Shown here: positions 10,302 to 21,459 of the stretch, one piece after another
Position numbering within the stretch: position 1 is the first letter of the stretch
How the letters are laid out: each line of letters begins with the position of its first letter
Assembly: GCA_019058445.1 (NCBI GenBank)
Contig: JAHPZA010000009.1
Location: 160,001-224,000, forward strand
Origin: Promethearchaeota archaeon
GTDB lineage: Archaea; Asgardarchaeota; Lokiarchaeia; Sigyniarchaeales; SOKP01
Direction: 5' to 3'
DNA length: 64,000 nucleotides
Notes under the pieces: model-generated
The model's input: only the letters and a program-made list of their open reading frames with translations
Databases searched by the model: none
Told to the model about the DNA's origin: nothing
Program-made: the position numbers and the translations under genes

Positions 10302-12884
10302 TTATACTCTGTCGTGTTCGGTTCTAGATATAATCTCATCTTGGATCTCTTTACCTAAGTCTGTAAAATAAGCAGAATAGCCTCCAACTTTGACAATGAT
10401 ATTTCTATAATTAACTGGATCCTTTTGAGCTGCTTTAAGAACTTCCGTAGAAACCACAGTGGGTTGTAGTTGTTCTCCTCCTAATTTAAAATATGTTTTT
10501 ATCAAAGAGATCCATTTCTTCTTACCATCTTCAGATTTGCCAATTCCGGAAGGATGCATTCGAATATTTACAGCACATCCCATAACATGTTCGTAGGGGA
10601 GAGCTGAAACAGAACGCAATACACCAGTTGGTCCATGCTCTTCAACATTATAAGGATTACAACTTGCTGCGAATGGTTTTGCGGCGAGTCTGCCATCGGG
10701 GGTAGCAATTGAAATCCTCCCATCATAAGTGTGGGTTGTCATGCTATTAATAAAGGGAGCAAAGAATCCATCCCTGAATGTCCGATATTTATAAGTTTCT
10801 TCAAACATGTGGGAACTGACTTTTTTTGCGAGTTCATCTGACTCTGGATTGCCGTTGCCCCATTTTCCGTCTAAATCCAGGATTAATTTATGAATCCATT
10901 CATACCCATTACTATAATTGTTATCAATGGCATCAATTAGCTCTCGTAATGAGAATTTTTTCTCTTCAAATACTAATTTCTTAATAACATACAGAGAATC
11001 TATAGTATTGGCAATACTCGTCATGAAAAGTATTCCCTCACAATCATAAATCGCACCTCCATCTGCAATATCTTTTTTATTTTCAAGGCAGCCCTGCATG
11101 AATGCTGATATTAATGGAGCAGGTAAGTATTTTGCATAAAGGCTATCTCTAATAATGGCAGCATCAACAATTTTTTTAATCATATTATCGGCTTGAGCAT
11201 AAAATGCTCCCAAAAATTCATCAAAATTTTTAAATGATTCTGGTTCACCTGTCTTTAGACCAACATTTTTAACGAGTCCAATCAGAGTCATTGCATCTCC
11301 ATTGCGAAGAGCCATATCAAGAGTTCGACATAGTAATATTGATGAAAAACCCTCTCCTCCTGTTTTTCCGGGAGAACACATATCAACACATCCAGTTATA
11401 GCATACCCATTGGCATCTTCATCTGTGAACCCTCGATTTTTTAATGCTTGAAGACTGATCTCGTCATTCATTAATGAAACACTAGAAACTCCATTATAAT
11501 GAAGATCAGCTACCTTCATTAACAATTCATCAGGAGTGTTATTATGGATTCTCACAGCAAAATTAAGGGATGCCTTTGATCTATCGGCCGCATCTAGCAT
11601 AATGTATGTTAGCGCATTTGTAGCATCTTCCCCCGATCCTGTAAGACCTCCCAAAGTCACTGGTTCAGAACCCTCATATCGTTGACTAAAATCACTTGAT
11701 GCGTTTGAATTTGGACGCATATTATGACTCATTACTTTTAAAAACAATTCTTCACATAGTTCACGCACTTCATCCTTTGTGATTCTTCCATCTTTCATAT
11801 CTTTAATGAAATAAGGATAAAATAATTGATCTAATCTTCCTGGAGCATGGACATTGAATGGAACTGCCAACTCTACAGCTGTTTTAACGGTCCAATATGA
11901 TTGAACTGCTTCACGAAACGTTTCAGCAGGATAGATAGGAACTTTGCGTGTGATTTCTAGTATCTTAGATAATATTTTCTTTCTTTCAGGATCTGATGTC
12001 CTATCTAACTCCTCTTCTATCTTTTTAATGAGCCTGCGTGCAAATATAATGACTCCTTCAAGAGCAATATCTATGGATCGTAAAAAATCCAATTCCTTTT
12101 CGGTGGAATAGGCCTTTTTATTTATCAATTCTTGGACATCCTGATGCATTGCCAGGATTCCCTTTTTAATCGGAGTTTCATGATCAAGGATTAAATGCCC
12201 CTGCCATACCCCAAGCGCGGATCCAAGTGATGTAACATAATCACTTTTGCCAGTCGTACGTGGTAAACTATCTATGAAATTTCCAAATTCGCCTGGATAA
12301 ATTCCGGATTCTTTAAATGCAATACCAAGTAAATCAGCAATAGTTTTTCCATTCCAATAAGGAAGTAATTCATTGAGTAGGAGATTTTTATCCTCCTCTT
12401 TAATTTGATAAGGATTTATTTTTCTTTTGTCCATGGTATCGGTTCCAAGACCAGGCATAGCTACTCCAATCTTTTTTGTATGAGTTAAGAGCTCTAATGG
12501 ATTTATTCCTTTGTTTTCCAAAAATTCCATCAAACATTTATTCCCATCACTGGCAAATTTACGCATTCGTTTTTTATCAAACTCAATCTCAAAAACTCCA
12601 TTAAATAATCCTCTTTCAATGTCTATCGGAATACCGAGAAAATTCTCCGTCCATGTCCCTACAATGCTATCATCCGGATCAACATCAAAATGCATGTTTT
12701 CATAGACATGTTTCATAGCCATTGCAACGCGAATCCCAACGGGAACTGGCTCACTTTTATTTTCTAATTCTTTCCACTTTTCAGTATAAAACTTCGCTCT
12801 CTCAATCGAAACGAAAGGAATTTCATCAAGAAACCTTTTTCGAAATCTTTTTATTCTTTCACTTGCATTATCTCTCAAATCCAA
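10302..12884 (-). CDS. Glycyl radical enzyme, paralog of 4539..7115
   Basis: GRLDQ, ITGCVD, VKVGGYSAYF; colinear similarity with the first GRE. Confidence 0.92.
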   Translation of the reverse strand: MDLRDNASERIKRFRKRFLDEIPFVSIERAKFYTEKWKELENKSEPVPVGIRVAMAMKHVYENMHFDVDPDDSIVGTWTENFLGIPIDIERGLFNGVFEIEFDKKRMRKFASDGNKCLMEFLENKGINPLELLTHTKKIGVAMPGLGTDTMDKRKINPYQIKEEDKNLLLNELLPYWNGKTIADLLGIAFKESGIYPGEFGNFIDSLPRTTGKSDYVTSLGSALGVWQGHLILDHETPIKKGILAMHQDVQELINKKAYSTEKELDFLRSIDIALEGVIIFARRLIKKIEEELDRTSDPERKKILSKILEITRKVPIYPAETFREAVQSYWTVKTAVELAVPFNVHAPGRLDQLFYPYFIKDMKDGRITKDEVRELCEELFLKVMSHNMRPNSNASSDFSQRYEGSEPVTLGGLTGSGEDATNALTYIMLDAADRSKASLNFAVRIHNNTPDELLMKVADLHYNGVSSVSLMNDEISLQALKNRGFTDEDANGYAITGCVDMCSPGKTGGEGFSSILLCRTLDMALRNGDAMTLIGLVKNVGLKTGEPESFKNFDEFLGAFYAQADNMIKKIVDAAIIRDSLYAKYLPAPLISAFMQGCLENKKDIADGGAIYDCEGILFMTSIANTIDSLYVIKKLVFEEKKFSLRELIDAIDNNYSNGYEWIHKLILDLDGKWGNGNPESDELAKKVSSHMFEETYKYRTFRDGFFAPFINSMTTHTYDGRISIATPDGRLAAKPFAASCNPYNVEEHGPTGVLRSVSALPYEHVMGCAVNIRMHPSGIGKSEDGKKKWISLIKTYFKLGGEQLQPTVVSTEVLKAAQKDPVNYRNIIVKVGGYSAYFTDLGKEIQDEIISRTEHDRV

Positions 12885-13180
12885 TATAAGTCCCTCACTA
12901 CATACTCAAATATCTGTGTATGATAATAAATGATCTTAATTAAATAAAATAGATTTTAGCAGTTAATTATTTTTTTCTTCAATATTTTATAATTTCAGCT
13001 TTATAAACAAGAAAGAGAAAGAATTAGGAATATTTATACTGCATTATCTTTTATAAATATTTTTGCCACTCTTTCAGGTAAAAGGAATCCGAAATAATAG
13101 CAAAAAAAGACTGATATTTTAACAGTTTAATAATGGCTGATAATCCAATCTCCAATTTGGACAGATAAAATAAGCAATTG

Positions 13181-13642
13181 TTAATCAATATTTTCAAAAT
13201 AAAGCTTGAAACACTTACAGCAAGGTATTCCAAAATCCAAATTCAATCTTTTAATTTTCTTATTTTTGTTAAGTTTCATGAGCTTAAACAATTTTTCCTT
13301 AATTTTCTCATTACTCTCATCAAAATAAATCTTTTTTAAATTAGACCAGTGCAAATTTTCTTGGCATATTGGACAAACAGAATAGTATTTCATAAAATCC
13401 ATATAATCCTTTTTTTCCTCTTCATTAAGATTTTTTAATTTTAAGTCAGGATGATTGGCTATTATTTCTCTTAAATTATTTAATTCATCGAGCATTTGAT
13501 CTCTTAACTGATTTGGGCTCAATTGAATAGGATCTTGATCAAAAACAAAATCTCTCTTGTCAAATTTGTTGAAATATTCGACAGCTTCATTAAAAAAAAG
13601 TAATTCTTTATTTTTTCTTTCTTTAAAACTATTTTCGATCAT
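13181..13642 (-). CDS. Hypothetical Zn-binding protein
   Basis: CPIC and CCKC motifs. Confidence 0.6.
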   Translation of the reverse strand: MIENSFKERKNKELLFFNEAVEYFNKFDKRDFVFDQDPIQLSPNQLRDQMLDELNNLREIIANHPDLKLKNLNEEEKKDYMDFMKYYSVCPICQENLHWSNLKKIYFDESNEKIKEKLFKLMKLNKNKKIKRLNLDFGIPCCKCFKLYFENID

Positions 13643-13778
13643 AGAATCTTTTTCTTTTACTTTGGAACTAATTTACTTCTCCATTTAATATTTAGATATT
13701 ATAGTTTAAATGTTTTACATTTATTTACTAATAATCAATTATATTAAGATAATTACATTAAAACATGTTTTCTTTAAA

Positions 13779-15062
13779 TTAGAAAAAATTAAAAAAATCC
13801 TTACTATGATAAAATAGGTCATTTTTTTTAGCTTCAGTTAGTCTCTTAATGTCCATTACTTTAGAGGGAGCAAAATATTCAAAATCAAATTTCACATCAT
13901 CTCCCGCTTTTTTACCTGGAATTGGCATTAATCTTGCTGTCAATGGTTTATTATGAGTAATGGCTATGGTACTTAGATCTAATAAGATATAAAATAATTC
14001 TCTTTCAGAAATATCCCCCGGTAAAGGAATACAATCAAGACCCGTGCCACAAACAGTTGAATATAATAAAAGCGAGTCAATGGTTAATTTTTTTTCCTTC
14101 AGTCTTAAAGCTATAGTAAAATCTTCAAACACGGGTTGCATGACTCCTGAAAACCCTATAACTTTTTCTTTTTTCGGAATACAGTTAGTTATTAGGCCAA
14201 TTGCAAATAAACTTCCGTAGCCCCCAAAATACTCTATGCCCAAACTTTCTACTGCTGTTCCAATACTTCTATCATACCTTGGAAAAGGAGCAGGTGTGAG
14301 ATCCATTCCTACAAATTCTATATCATGTTTATAACTCACTCTTTCAGAGATTTTTAAAACTTCCTCATATATTTCATCCAACCTATTTTTTAAATTCGTT
14401 TTTGCCTCGTTTAAGTTCGATGATTTGTGGAATGTTGTTATTACCTCGTCTGCCATTTCTAATGCTATTGAAAAGGCTGGCTTATCAGAGTTTCTATGAT
14501 AGGCTGCGGGAAAAAAAGGAGTATTTGGAGGTACGTTACAGCTTACACAGAATTGCAAGTTCTTAAAGGGGTCAGGTTCAGAAAGTCTTTTAATGATTTT
14601 TACCGCTGACTTTAAGGCGGGGAAACTTATTTTATTTTCCGAAATAACCGGGAGTGAAGTAAATAGAGTAGGAAACTCTTTTAAATACTTATCAAATTCG
14701 TTTAAGATTAATTTTTCAAAAATCCCAAAATGCCCTAATTCATCTGCTCGCATAGTGCTGCATGCAAAATAATCGATCTCAAATTTATTGAATAATGTTT
14801 GCAAAATTGAGAATTCTTCATGTAAAATTGACAGAGTCTCTTGTACATCTTTTCTATAGGTTAATTGGTTTTCATACATTAATAGTGGTTGGGAGCAGAT
14901 TCGTTTTGTATCTACTGGAATATTGATGTTTTTAAATTCTTCAATTAAGTCATTAAAAAACAGCTTAAATCTTTCGAGTTTTTCTTCTAAGAACGCTTCA
15001 ATTTCGAGGTATTCATACAAAATTGGAATTTTGTCCCCTAAAGTGATTGCTCTAATTCTCAT
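13779..15062 (-). CDS. DUF711/UPF0210 family protein
   Basis: Likely start MRIRAITLG; TPFFPAAYH, GFSGVMQPVFED, YSTVCGTGLDCIPLPGD, KPLTARLMPIPG. Confidence 0.85.
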   Translation of the reverse strand: MRIRAITLGDKIPILYEYLEIEAFLEEKLERFKLFFNDLIEEFKNINIPVDTKRICSQPLLMYENQLTYRKDVQETLSILHEEFSILQTLFNKFEIDYFACSTMRADELGHFGIFEKLILNEFDKYLKEFPTLFTSLPVISENKISFPALKSAVKIIKRLSEPDPFKNLQFCVSCNVPPNTPFFPAAYHRNSDKPAFSIALEMADEVITTFHKSSNLNEAKTNLKNRLDEIYEEVLKISERVSYKHDIEFVGMDLTPAPFPRYDRSIGTAVESLGIEYFGGYGSLFAIGLITNCIPKKEKVIGFSGVMQPVFEDFTIALRLKEKKLTIDSLLLYSTVCGTGLDCIPLPGDISERELFYILLDLSTIAITHNKPLTARLMPIPGKKAGDDVKFDFEYFAPSKVMDIKRLTEAKKNDLFYHSKDFFNFF

Positions 15063-15199
15063 TATTTTTATGGTGTTGATATTAAAGATTAATTCCACTT
15101 ATTATAATAAGATTATAAAAACTATTAAAAATCTTAATATTTTCAATGAATTACACAAAATAAAGGATAATACTCTTATAATTTTATTGAGAGTATTAA

Positions 15200-15718
15200 T
15201 TAATCTTGAGTCAGTATTCTGTCTATTTCTTGGCTTAATCTTAATGCTAGTTCAGAATGAGCATCTCCACAAGAATTTAAAATTATTTTTGCTTGTTTAG
15301 CATATGACTTTTGCTGATCCCTCGACCACGCATCTAAGGGCAGGTCAATTAGATTATCTAAACGATCTGCTAATTTTATAATTTTTGCCTCATTAGAGGC
15401 GTTTTGAAGATTTTTAAGATAATATTGTTTTTCTGTAGTAATAGGAATGCTCAGTTCATTTACGATGGAAGCGACATTTCTTCCAAATTTTTTTTCGATT
15501 TCACTTAGAGATGTATCTGTATCTTCAACTAAGTCATGAAACAGTGCGGCTATCATCATATTCTCATGGACAAATTCATTAAATCCCGCAGCTCTTAAAA
15601 TTAGGGTAATCCGAAGTGGATGGATAAAATAGTAAATATCTCCTGATTTGCGCTTTAAATCTCCATATTTTATCACAGCAAAGTTTAACGCATTCCAGTA
15701 CTTCAAGAAAGATTTCAT
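15200..15718 (-). CDS. HD-domain hydrolase, RelA/SpoT-hydrolase (Mesh1)-like
   Basis: HPLRI, AALFHDLVEDT, IKLADRLDNL. Confidence 0.85.
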   Translation of the reverse strand: MKSFLKYWNALNFAVIKYGDLKRKSGDIYYFIHPLRITLILRAAGFNEFVHENMMIAALFHDLVEDTDTSLSEIEKKFGRNVASIVNELSIPITTEKQYYLKNLQNASNEAKIIKLADRLDNLIDLPLDAWSRDQQKSYAKQAKIILNSCGDAHSELALRLSQEIDRILTQD

Positions 15719-18114
15719 ATTTCATTCAACCTTGCTTTTTCTTTTACTTGTAAATCTTTTTCTTTGAGAATAGGTCTTTTATATTCATTAGGTTTAATAG
15801 GACCTAACTTCTTTAATTCTTCCGTAAATTGAGCAACAACTTGAGCAAATTTTTCACCTTCTCCGGCAGATATACTTTCAATTCTCACTCTCTTTTCATT
15901 TATTCCTGATTCAGCAAGTACTTCTTTAATGCTTTCGTATCGAGTTTTGGCTTTAATGAATCCCTCCTTATAATGACAATCTTGCTCATGACAACCAGCA
16001 ATTAAAACTCCATCTGCACCATTAAAGAACGCATCAAAAACTAAAGAGGGATCAAGCATTGCGGTACACATAACATGAATTGCTCTAATATTTGTGGGAT
16101 ATGTTAATTTACTTGTCCCCGCTAGATCAGCTCCTAAATAAGAACACCAATTGCACATAAAAGCTATTATTAAGGGAAATTCACTTTTTTTTTCTAAGAT
16201 TGCTTCAAATTGTGCTGTAATTTGTTGTTTTGTGAATCCAGGTATATATAATGCATTTTGAGGACACATTGCAGCACATGCACCACATCCAGTACAATTT
16301 GCTTGAATAATTTCTAATGTTTTATCTTCAATTTTTAATGCATTATAGATACAAATATTTTCGCACAACCGGCACAGATCACATTTATCTTTATCGAGAC
16401 ACACGATATGAGGATCTAACTCTACTTTCCCTTTCGCAGTAAGAGCAATTGCCTTTGCTGCCGCACTTTCGGCTTGAGCAATGCTAGAAGGGATATCTTT
16501 TGGGCCTTGAATCATTCCTGCTAAATAAATCCCATTGACGGAGGTTTCAGAAGGTCTAACTTTAAGGTGTTTTTCAAGTAAAAATCCATATGGATCTTGT
16601 GATATATTTAAAATTTGACTTAACTCATCTGTACCCTCAGCGGGTTCTGAACCAACTGCCAAAACTACTAAGTCACATTTATTTTGGAAAATTTTATTTT
16701 CAATAACATCTTCCCCTCGCACTAATAATTGATCATCTAAATCGCTTTTTAAAACCGCAGAAACGTTGCTTTTGATAAACCTTATTCCAAAAACTTCTCT
16801 TGCTCTATTATAAAATTCCTCACAATTTTTTCCAACTGCACGTATATCGTTATAATAAATATTTATTTTTATATCCGGATGTTCCTGTTTTAATAGAACA
16901 GCTTGTTTAATTGCAGCATTACAGCATACTTGACTGCAATAGTCATGGTGAATTATTTCATTCCGAGATCCGACACATAAAATAAAGGAAACTTTCTTGG
17001 GAGGTGCTCCGTTCGAAGGTTTTATTACCCTTCCTCTGGAAGGGCCATCATTATTAAGTAATCGTTCCATTTCCATGGTGGTAATAATATCTGGATATTT
17101 TTGATAGTTTAATTCTCCTAATATGGAGGGATCAAATGTTTTGAAACCTGTAGCAACGATTATGGTACCTACTTTAATCTCTATATCTTGGGCTTTTTGA
17201 TCAAAATCAATAGCGTTTCGATCTCCACAAGCTTGCTGGCAAGCTTTACAGCCTATACAATGTTCTTCTAAAATATTAGGAAATAGAGGTATCGCTTGAG
17301 GATAAGGTACATCGATCGCCTTTCTTGGATAAAAGGTATTTTTTACGTCTATCGGACAAACATCTCTACAAATGTCGAAACATCCTACACAATTTTCTTC
17401 AATAATAAATCGAGGATTTTTTTGAATTGTAACATCAAAATTCCCAACATACCCCTCAACCCTTTTGACTTCAGAATATGTTAATAATTCGATATTGGGA
17501 TGCTCATTAATCTCACTCATCAAAGGTCCCAGAATGCAAATGCTACAATCTAATGTGGGAAATGTTTTATCAAAAAGTGCCATATGACCTCCGATTGTGA
17601 GATCGCGCTCTACTAAATATACCTTATATCCCGCATCTGCAATTGCCATGGCAGCTTTAATCCCCGCGATACCACCCCCAATTACTAAAGTTGAGGGCGT
17701 TATATTTGAAAATTGTACTTCTAAGGGCTCTAAAAGTTTTACCTGTTCAATGGCCATCGTAATTTGATCTATTGCTTTTAGGGTGGCTTTTTCAGGTTCT
17801 TGTGGATGCACCCAAGAATTTTGTTCTCGAATATTCGCAAATGAAACTAAATATCTATTAATACCAGCTTGTTCAATAGTTCTCCGAAAAAGAGGACCGT
17901 GTAATTTAAAAGAACATGCAGCGATAACAACCCGATCGATTTTATTCGTTTTTAATTCTTCTGTCAATTCATGTAAACCGGACTCAGAACATAAATATTG
18001 ATTTCCCATAACATAAACGTCCGGATAATCCTTAAAATGCTCAAGTAATTTATTATTATTGATAACACCTGAGATATTTTTTCCACAGTCGCATATGAAC
18101 AATCCAATTTTCAA
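15715..18114 (-). CDS. hdrA: Heterodisulfide reductase subunit A fused to MvhD
   Basis: NIREQNSWVH, GGGIAG, DKTFPTLDCSICIL, ferredoxin motifs, C-terminal FMCNWCSY.GAD...GCHEQDCHY (MvhD). Confidence 0.93.
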   Translation of the reverse strand: MKIGLFICDCGKNISGVINNNKLLEHFKDYPDVYVMGNQYLCSESGLHELTEELKTNKIDRVVIAACSFKLHGPLFRRTIEQAGINRYLVSFANIREQNSWVHPQEPEKATLKAIDQITMAIEQVKLLEPLEVQFSNITPSTLVIGGGIAGIKAAMAIADAGYKVYLVERDLTIGGHMALFDKTFPTLDCSICILGPLMSEINEHPNIELLTYSEVKRVEGYVGNFDVTIQKNPRFIIEENCVGCFDICRDVCPIDVKNTFYPRKAIDVPYPQAIPLFPNILEEHCIGCKACQQACGDRNAIDFDQKAQDIEIKVGTIIVATGFKTFDPSILGELNYQKYPDIITTMEMERLLNNDGPSRGRVIKPSNGAPPKKVSFILCVGSRNEIIHHDYCSQVCCNAAIKQAVLLKQEHPDIKINIYYNDIRAVGKNCEEFYNRAREVFGIRFIKSNVSAVLKSDLDDQLLVRGEDVIENKIFQNKCDLVVLAVGSEPAEGTDELSQILNISQDPYGFLLEKHLKVRPSETSVNGIYLAGMIQGPKDIPSSIAQAESAAAKAIALTAKGKVELDPHIVCLDKDKCDLCRLCENICIYNALKIEDKTLEIIQANCTGCGACAAMCPQNALYIPGFTKQQITAQFEAILEKKSEFPLIIAFMCNWCSYLGADLAGTSKLTYPTNIRAIHVMCTAMLDPSLVFDAFFNGADGVLIAGCHEQDCHYKEGFIKAKTRYESIKEVLAESGINEKRVRIESISAGEGEKFAQVVAQFTEELKKLGPIKPNEYKRPILKEKDLQVKEKARLNEI

Positions 18115-18389
18115 GGTATATCTTCCTCCAAAAGAGAAATACTCTATGATTTATATAAAGTTAAATTTTTAATAATTATTCGTAATAGAAAATAATAATT
18201 TCAGTTAGATTGCTTTTACAATAGCCAATATTATTTAAAAAACAAGTATATCTAAAATCTTATCTCATAAATAATTACCTATTAATAAATACTGTAAATT
18301 TAACATTTCTGTAAGCAATTCTTAAATAAGAGATCATCCCAATACATTTTAAGTACGATATTTTAATCGTATTAATTATCGATGATAAG

Positions 18390-19676
18390 TTGTTAAACAT
18401 GAGAAATCTAACCACAAATAAAAAAATACTTTTAACCTCTACTGTCTTAATATTTACTGCTATCCTATTAATTAGTTCTTTTCCAATGATTACAACTCCT
18501 ATGAATTCATCTGGCTCAGGAAAGGCAAGTTCTGAATCGGGATCAGAACCATCAGTTGCGTTCGCAAGTAGCGGTTCAAATACTATGAGTCCAAATAACC
18601 TTTTACCAGGAGATATTATTCTTTTAGGTACTGATGATACACTTTTCGACTTTCTCATCCCTGGGAAGTGGTCACATACAGTGATAGTTGGAGGGATAGC
18701 TGGATATCATGAAATTTGGGCCACCGAAGAAGGTACTTGGGTTCCAGAAGGTGAGACTTGGGTGGTTCACTCCACTAAGGATGATGATGGTGATGGATTA
18801 CGAACTTCCCGATTTAATACTGTTGTCAATGATCATGCTGGTAATGTTGTTGCGATAAGAATTTTAAAACCGGGTGGAGCATTGTTATCATCCTCAGAAA
18901 GAACGGCTATTGTTAATTTTGCTACCTCTAAAATAGGTTTAGATGAGGGTTATGACTGGAACTGGCTTGGTAAACAGACAGGTATTGATACTGCTGACCC
19001 CGAAATCGCACCAGATGGGTATTACTGCTCAGAACTAGCATGGGCAGCTTATAAATCCACCTTAGGCATTGATTTAGACGGAGATTTTTCACCTTTCAAT
19101 ATTGGAGTTTCACCGGAAGATATCTATTGGTCTCAATATGCTCAAGTGATCGCTCTGGAAATGAATTCAGATCCTAATGGAAATAGCGTCCCTGGAGGAG
19201 CTTATAAAATTGATGCTTCGAATGATTTATATAAATTAACTGTATTCGTTGATGAAGTATACTACGATGATGAACATGAGGGATGGCTTATGGGGGATGG
19301 TGAAATGTACCTCAAGCTCTGGATCGGTGAAGGTTATTTCCCAAGTTGCGCTGCCAATGGCTATAAAAACGATAACCACTTAGATAAAATTGATGATGCT
19401 GGTGATCATTATACAAGGGCAGGTTCTGGCGAAGCGATAGATTGGAATAATTATCACTATGCTCTTGTTAGCTTTAATTCTTATCTTAAAATAAGGATTC
19501 AAGCATCTGAATATGATTCAACTTCAGGTGATGATGACTATCCAACATTTCAGTGGTTCTGGGATGGATCTACTTGGCATAATTATATTGATAATGGGTG
19601 GTATTGGTCAGGCTCGCGGGTAGATTTAGGTGACTGCCGTTATACAATCTATTTTAGGATAGACGCAGTATATTAA
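18390..19676 (+). CDS. Secreted permuted papain-like NlpC/P60 (YiiX/YebB-like) enzyme with acidic C-terminal beta domain
   Basis: N-terminal hydrophobic signal; PGDIIL, WSH, YYCSELAWAAY. Confidence 0.8.
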   Translation: MLNMRNLTTNKKILLTSTVLIFTAILLISSFPMITTPMNSSGSGKASSESGSEPSVAFASSGSNTMSPNNLLPGDIILLGTDDTLFDFLIPGKWSHTVIVGGIAGYHEIWATEEGTWVPEGETWVVHSTKDDDGDGLRTSRFNTVVNDHAGNVVAIRILKPGGALLSSSERTAIVNFATSKIGLDEGYDWNWLGKQTGIDTADPEIAPDGYYCSELAWAAYKSTLGIDLDGDFSPFNIGVSPEDIYWSQYAQVIALEMNSDPNGNSVPGGAYKIDASNDLYKLTVFVDEVYYDDEHEGWLMGDGEMYLKLWIGEGYFPSCAANGYKNDNHLDKIDDAGDHYTRAGSGEAIDWNNYHYALVSFNSYLKIRIQASEYDSTSGDDDYPTFQWFWDGSTWHNYIDNGWYWSGSRVDLGDCRYTIYFRIDAVY

Positions 19677-19709
19677 ATATTAAGAGGTTTATAACATTCT
19701 AACATACGT

Positions 19710-19748
19710 CCTGCAAGCTATGAAATACGATCTTGCGGGTTTTTTTTT
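19710..19748 (+). terminator. Hairpin plus T-tract terminator
   Basis: CCTGCAAG...CTTGCGGG stem followed by T9, between convergent genes. Confidence 0.65.
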
Positions 19749-19763
19749 AATTTTTAAAAAATA

Positions 19764-20375
19764 TTAACAAGTAATATCTTTTGGAAGAAATTTATATACT
19801 TTGAAAATATTAAAATTATTCTTTTTCATTTTCAGAAAAAATTCCTTTTCCATTTCATATTCTTGAGTTGCTAACTTTATAATTTCATCTCTTGAGTAAA
19901 AATCTCCCTCATTTTCAAGAGAATTCCGAAGAGCAGGACATTTTTTTGAATAATCTTTAAAATTTGAAATACTATTTATTAACATATTCCATCCAACTGG
20001 AAATGCAATACATTGAAAGGGTCTTGCCTCATGAACTGTACACTTATTTTCTTCATCCAAAAATTCACAGTGTTCGTCATCACCAGTAAATTTAAACCCT
20101 AGTGTTTTAAATTTGTATCTTTTGCCCCTATTTTCTCCCTGCTCCTTCCAAAAAAAAGATGTATCAACTAATTTAATATATTTTCTAACGAACTTTTTTA
20201 AGCTTGAATTATTTAAATTTAAAAATTTTACAAGTCTAATAATATCAGTTTCATATACATATACTTCCCCCTCGTCAAAGCCTCGACAACAAGCACCACA
20301 CATCTTACATGAAAAATAAATTCCGTTCTCAAACTTTTTTGAAATTTTTATATTTGGTGTAGTCAATGAGTCCAC
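19764..20375 (-). CDS. YkgJ-family cysteine cluster protein
   Basis: CKMCGACC, CEFL...CTVHEARPFQCIAFP, CP. Confidence 0.9.
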   Translation of the reverse strand: MDSLTTPNIKISKKFENGIYFSCKMCGACCRGFDEGEVYVYETDIIRLVKFLNLNNSSLKKFVRKYIKLVDTSFFWKEQGENRGKRYKFKTLGFKFTGDDEHCEFLDEENKCTVHEARPFQCIAFPVGWNMLINSISNFKDYSKKCPALRNSLENEGDFYSRDEIIKLATQEYEMEKEFFLKMKKNNFNIFKVYKFLPKDITC

Positions 20376-20536
20376 TAAGTAAAGAAAATTTGAATAATAT
20401 AAAAAACAAATCCTTATTAAACTTTCACTAAAACTAATTTCTCGATAATATTAGATATTATTAGTAAGAAAAATAATTTATATTTCAATATTAAGGTATG
20501 ATTAATTAATCTTTCAATAAGAAAGGAGTATTATTC

Positions 20537-21457
20537 TTGAGCTATAATCTAAGTTCAACCCAAAATAATAAAATTGATTTTCTCCTCATTGAAGAAAAAA
20601 TCAAAGAATTAGAAAAAAATCTTCATGATAATAATATCACTGAAATAACAGAATATAGGAAATGGAAAAGGGATTTTGAAATAATTTATGGCTCAGAATA
20701 CATTGATATTAGACTTTACATAAGTTTTGCCTTGATATATTTCACTGGACATTTTTTTATATCAAAATACATCTTAAAATCATCTGAATTTCATGATACT
20801 AAGAAAAATTTTGCTTTATGTATTAAAGAACTACAATCTAATATTAAAATTAGATTTAAAGATTTCGATTTATTCAATTTTGAATATTTCAATCCGATAA
20901 TATCCCTCATTAATAAGAACTGTTTGAGTCCTTTTCCACCTTTAACTCGCATGTTGACTGCTTATCTTTTTAAATTAGATATCGAACCTGTATATATGTT
21001 TGATTATTTGATTCAAACCATTATTTCTTCTCTTATAAGACATGGAAGTGGAGAATTTTATACTATGCCTTTTCTAGTAGAAAAAATGGTAGATAATTGT
21101 TATAATTTCGGAGAAAGAGTGCTTGATCCATGTTGCGGTTCTGGCAATTTTTTAATAGAAATAATGAAGAGAATTCTATCATCAAACAAACTTGAAAAAC
21201 AAAAAATTTTAGCGATAAATAATATTTATGGTTTTGATATTAACCCTATTTCGATTTTCATAACTAAAATAAATTTTTTAATATTACTCAAGGGATATTC
21301 TTCCAAGGTTAAAATTAATCTCTTGGTTGCTGATTCGCTCTTCCCTCAACAATTCTCTTCTAGAAATAAAGTTTTTATTAAAAATTCTTTAAATTCATAT
21401 GATTTAATTATCGGTAATCCTCCATTTGCCTTAATAATTCAAACGCAGGTGTCTTAA
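20537..21457 (+). pseudogene. N-terminal half of an N6-adenine DNA methyltransferase, interrupted after GNPP
   Basis: GEFYT, VLDPCCGSGNFL, GFDINP, DLIIGNPP, then 10 unrelated codons and a stop. Confidence 0.88.
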
Positions 21458-21459
21458 TA

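Noticed and set aside
15715-18114. Selenoprotein HdrA/MvhD
   Set aside because: The ORF is uninterrupted, with Cys at the relevant motifs
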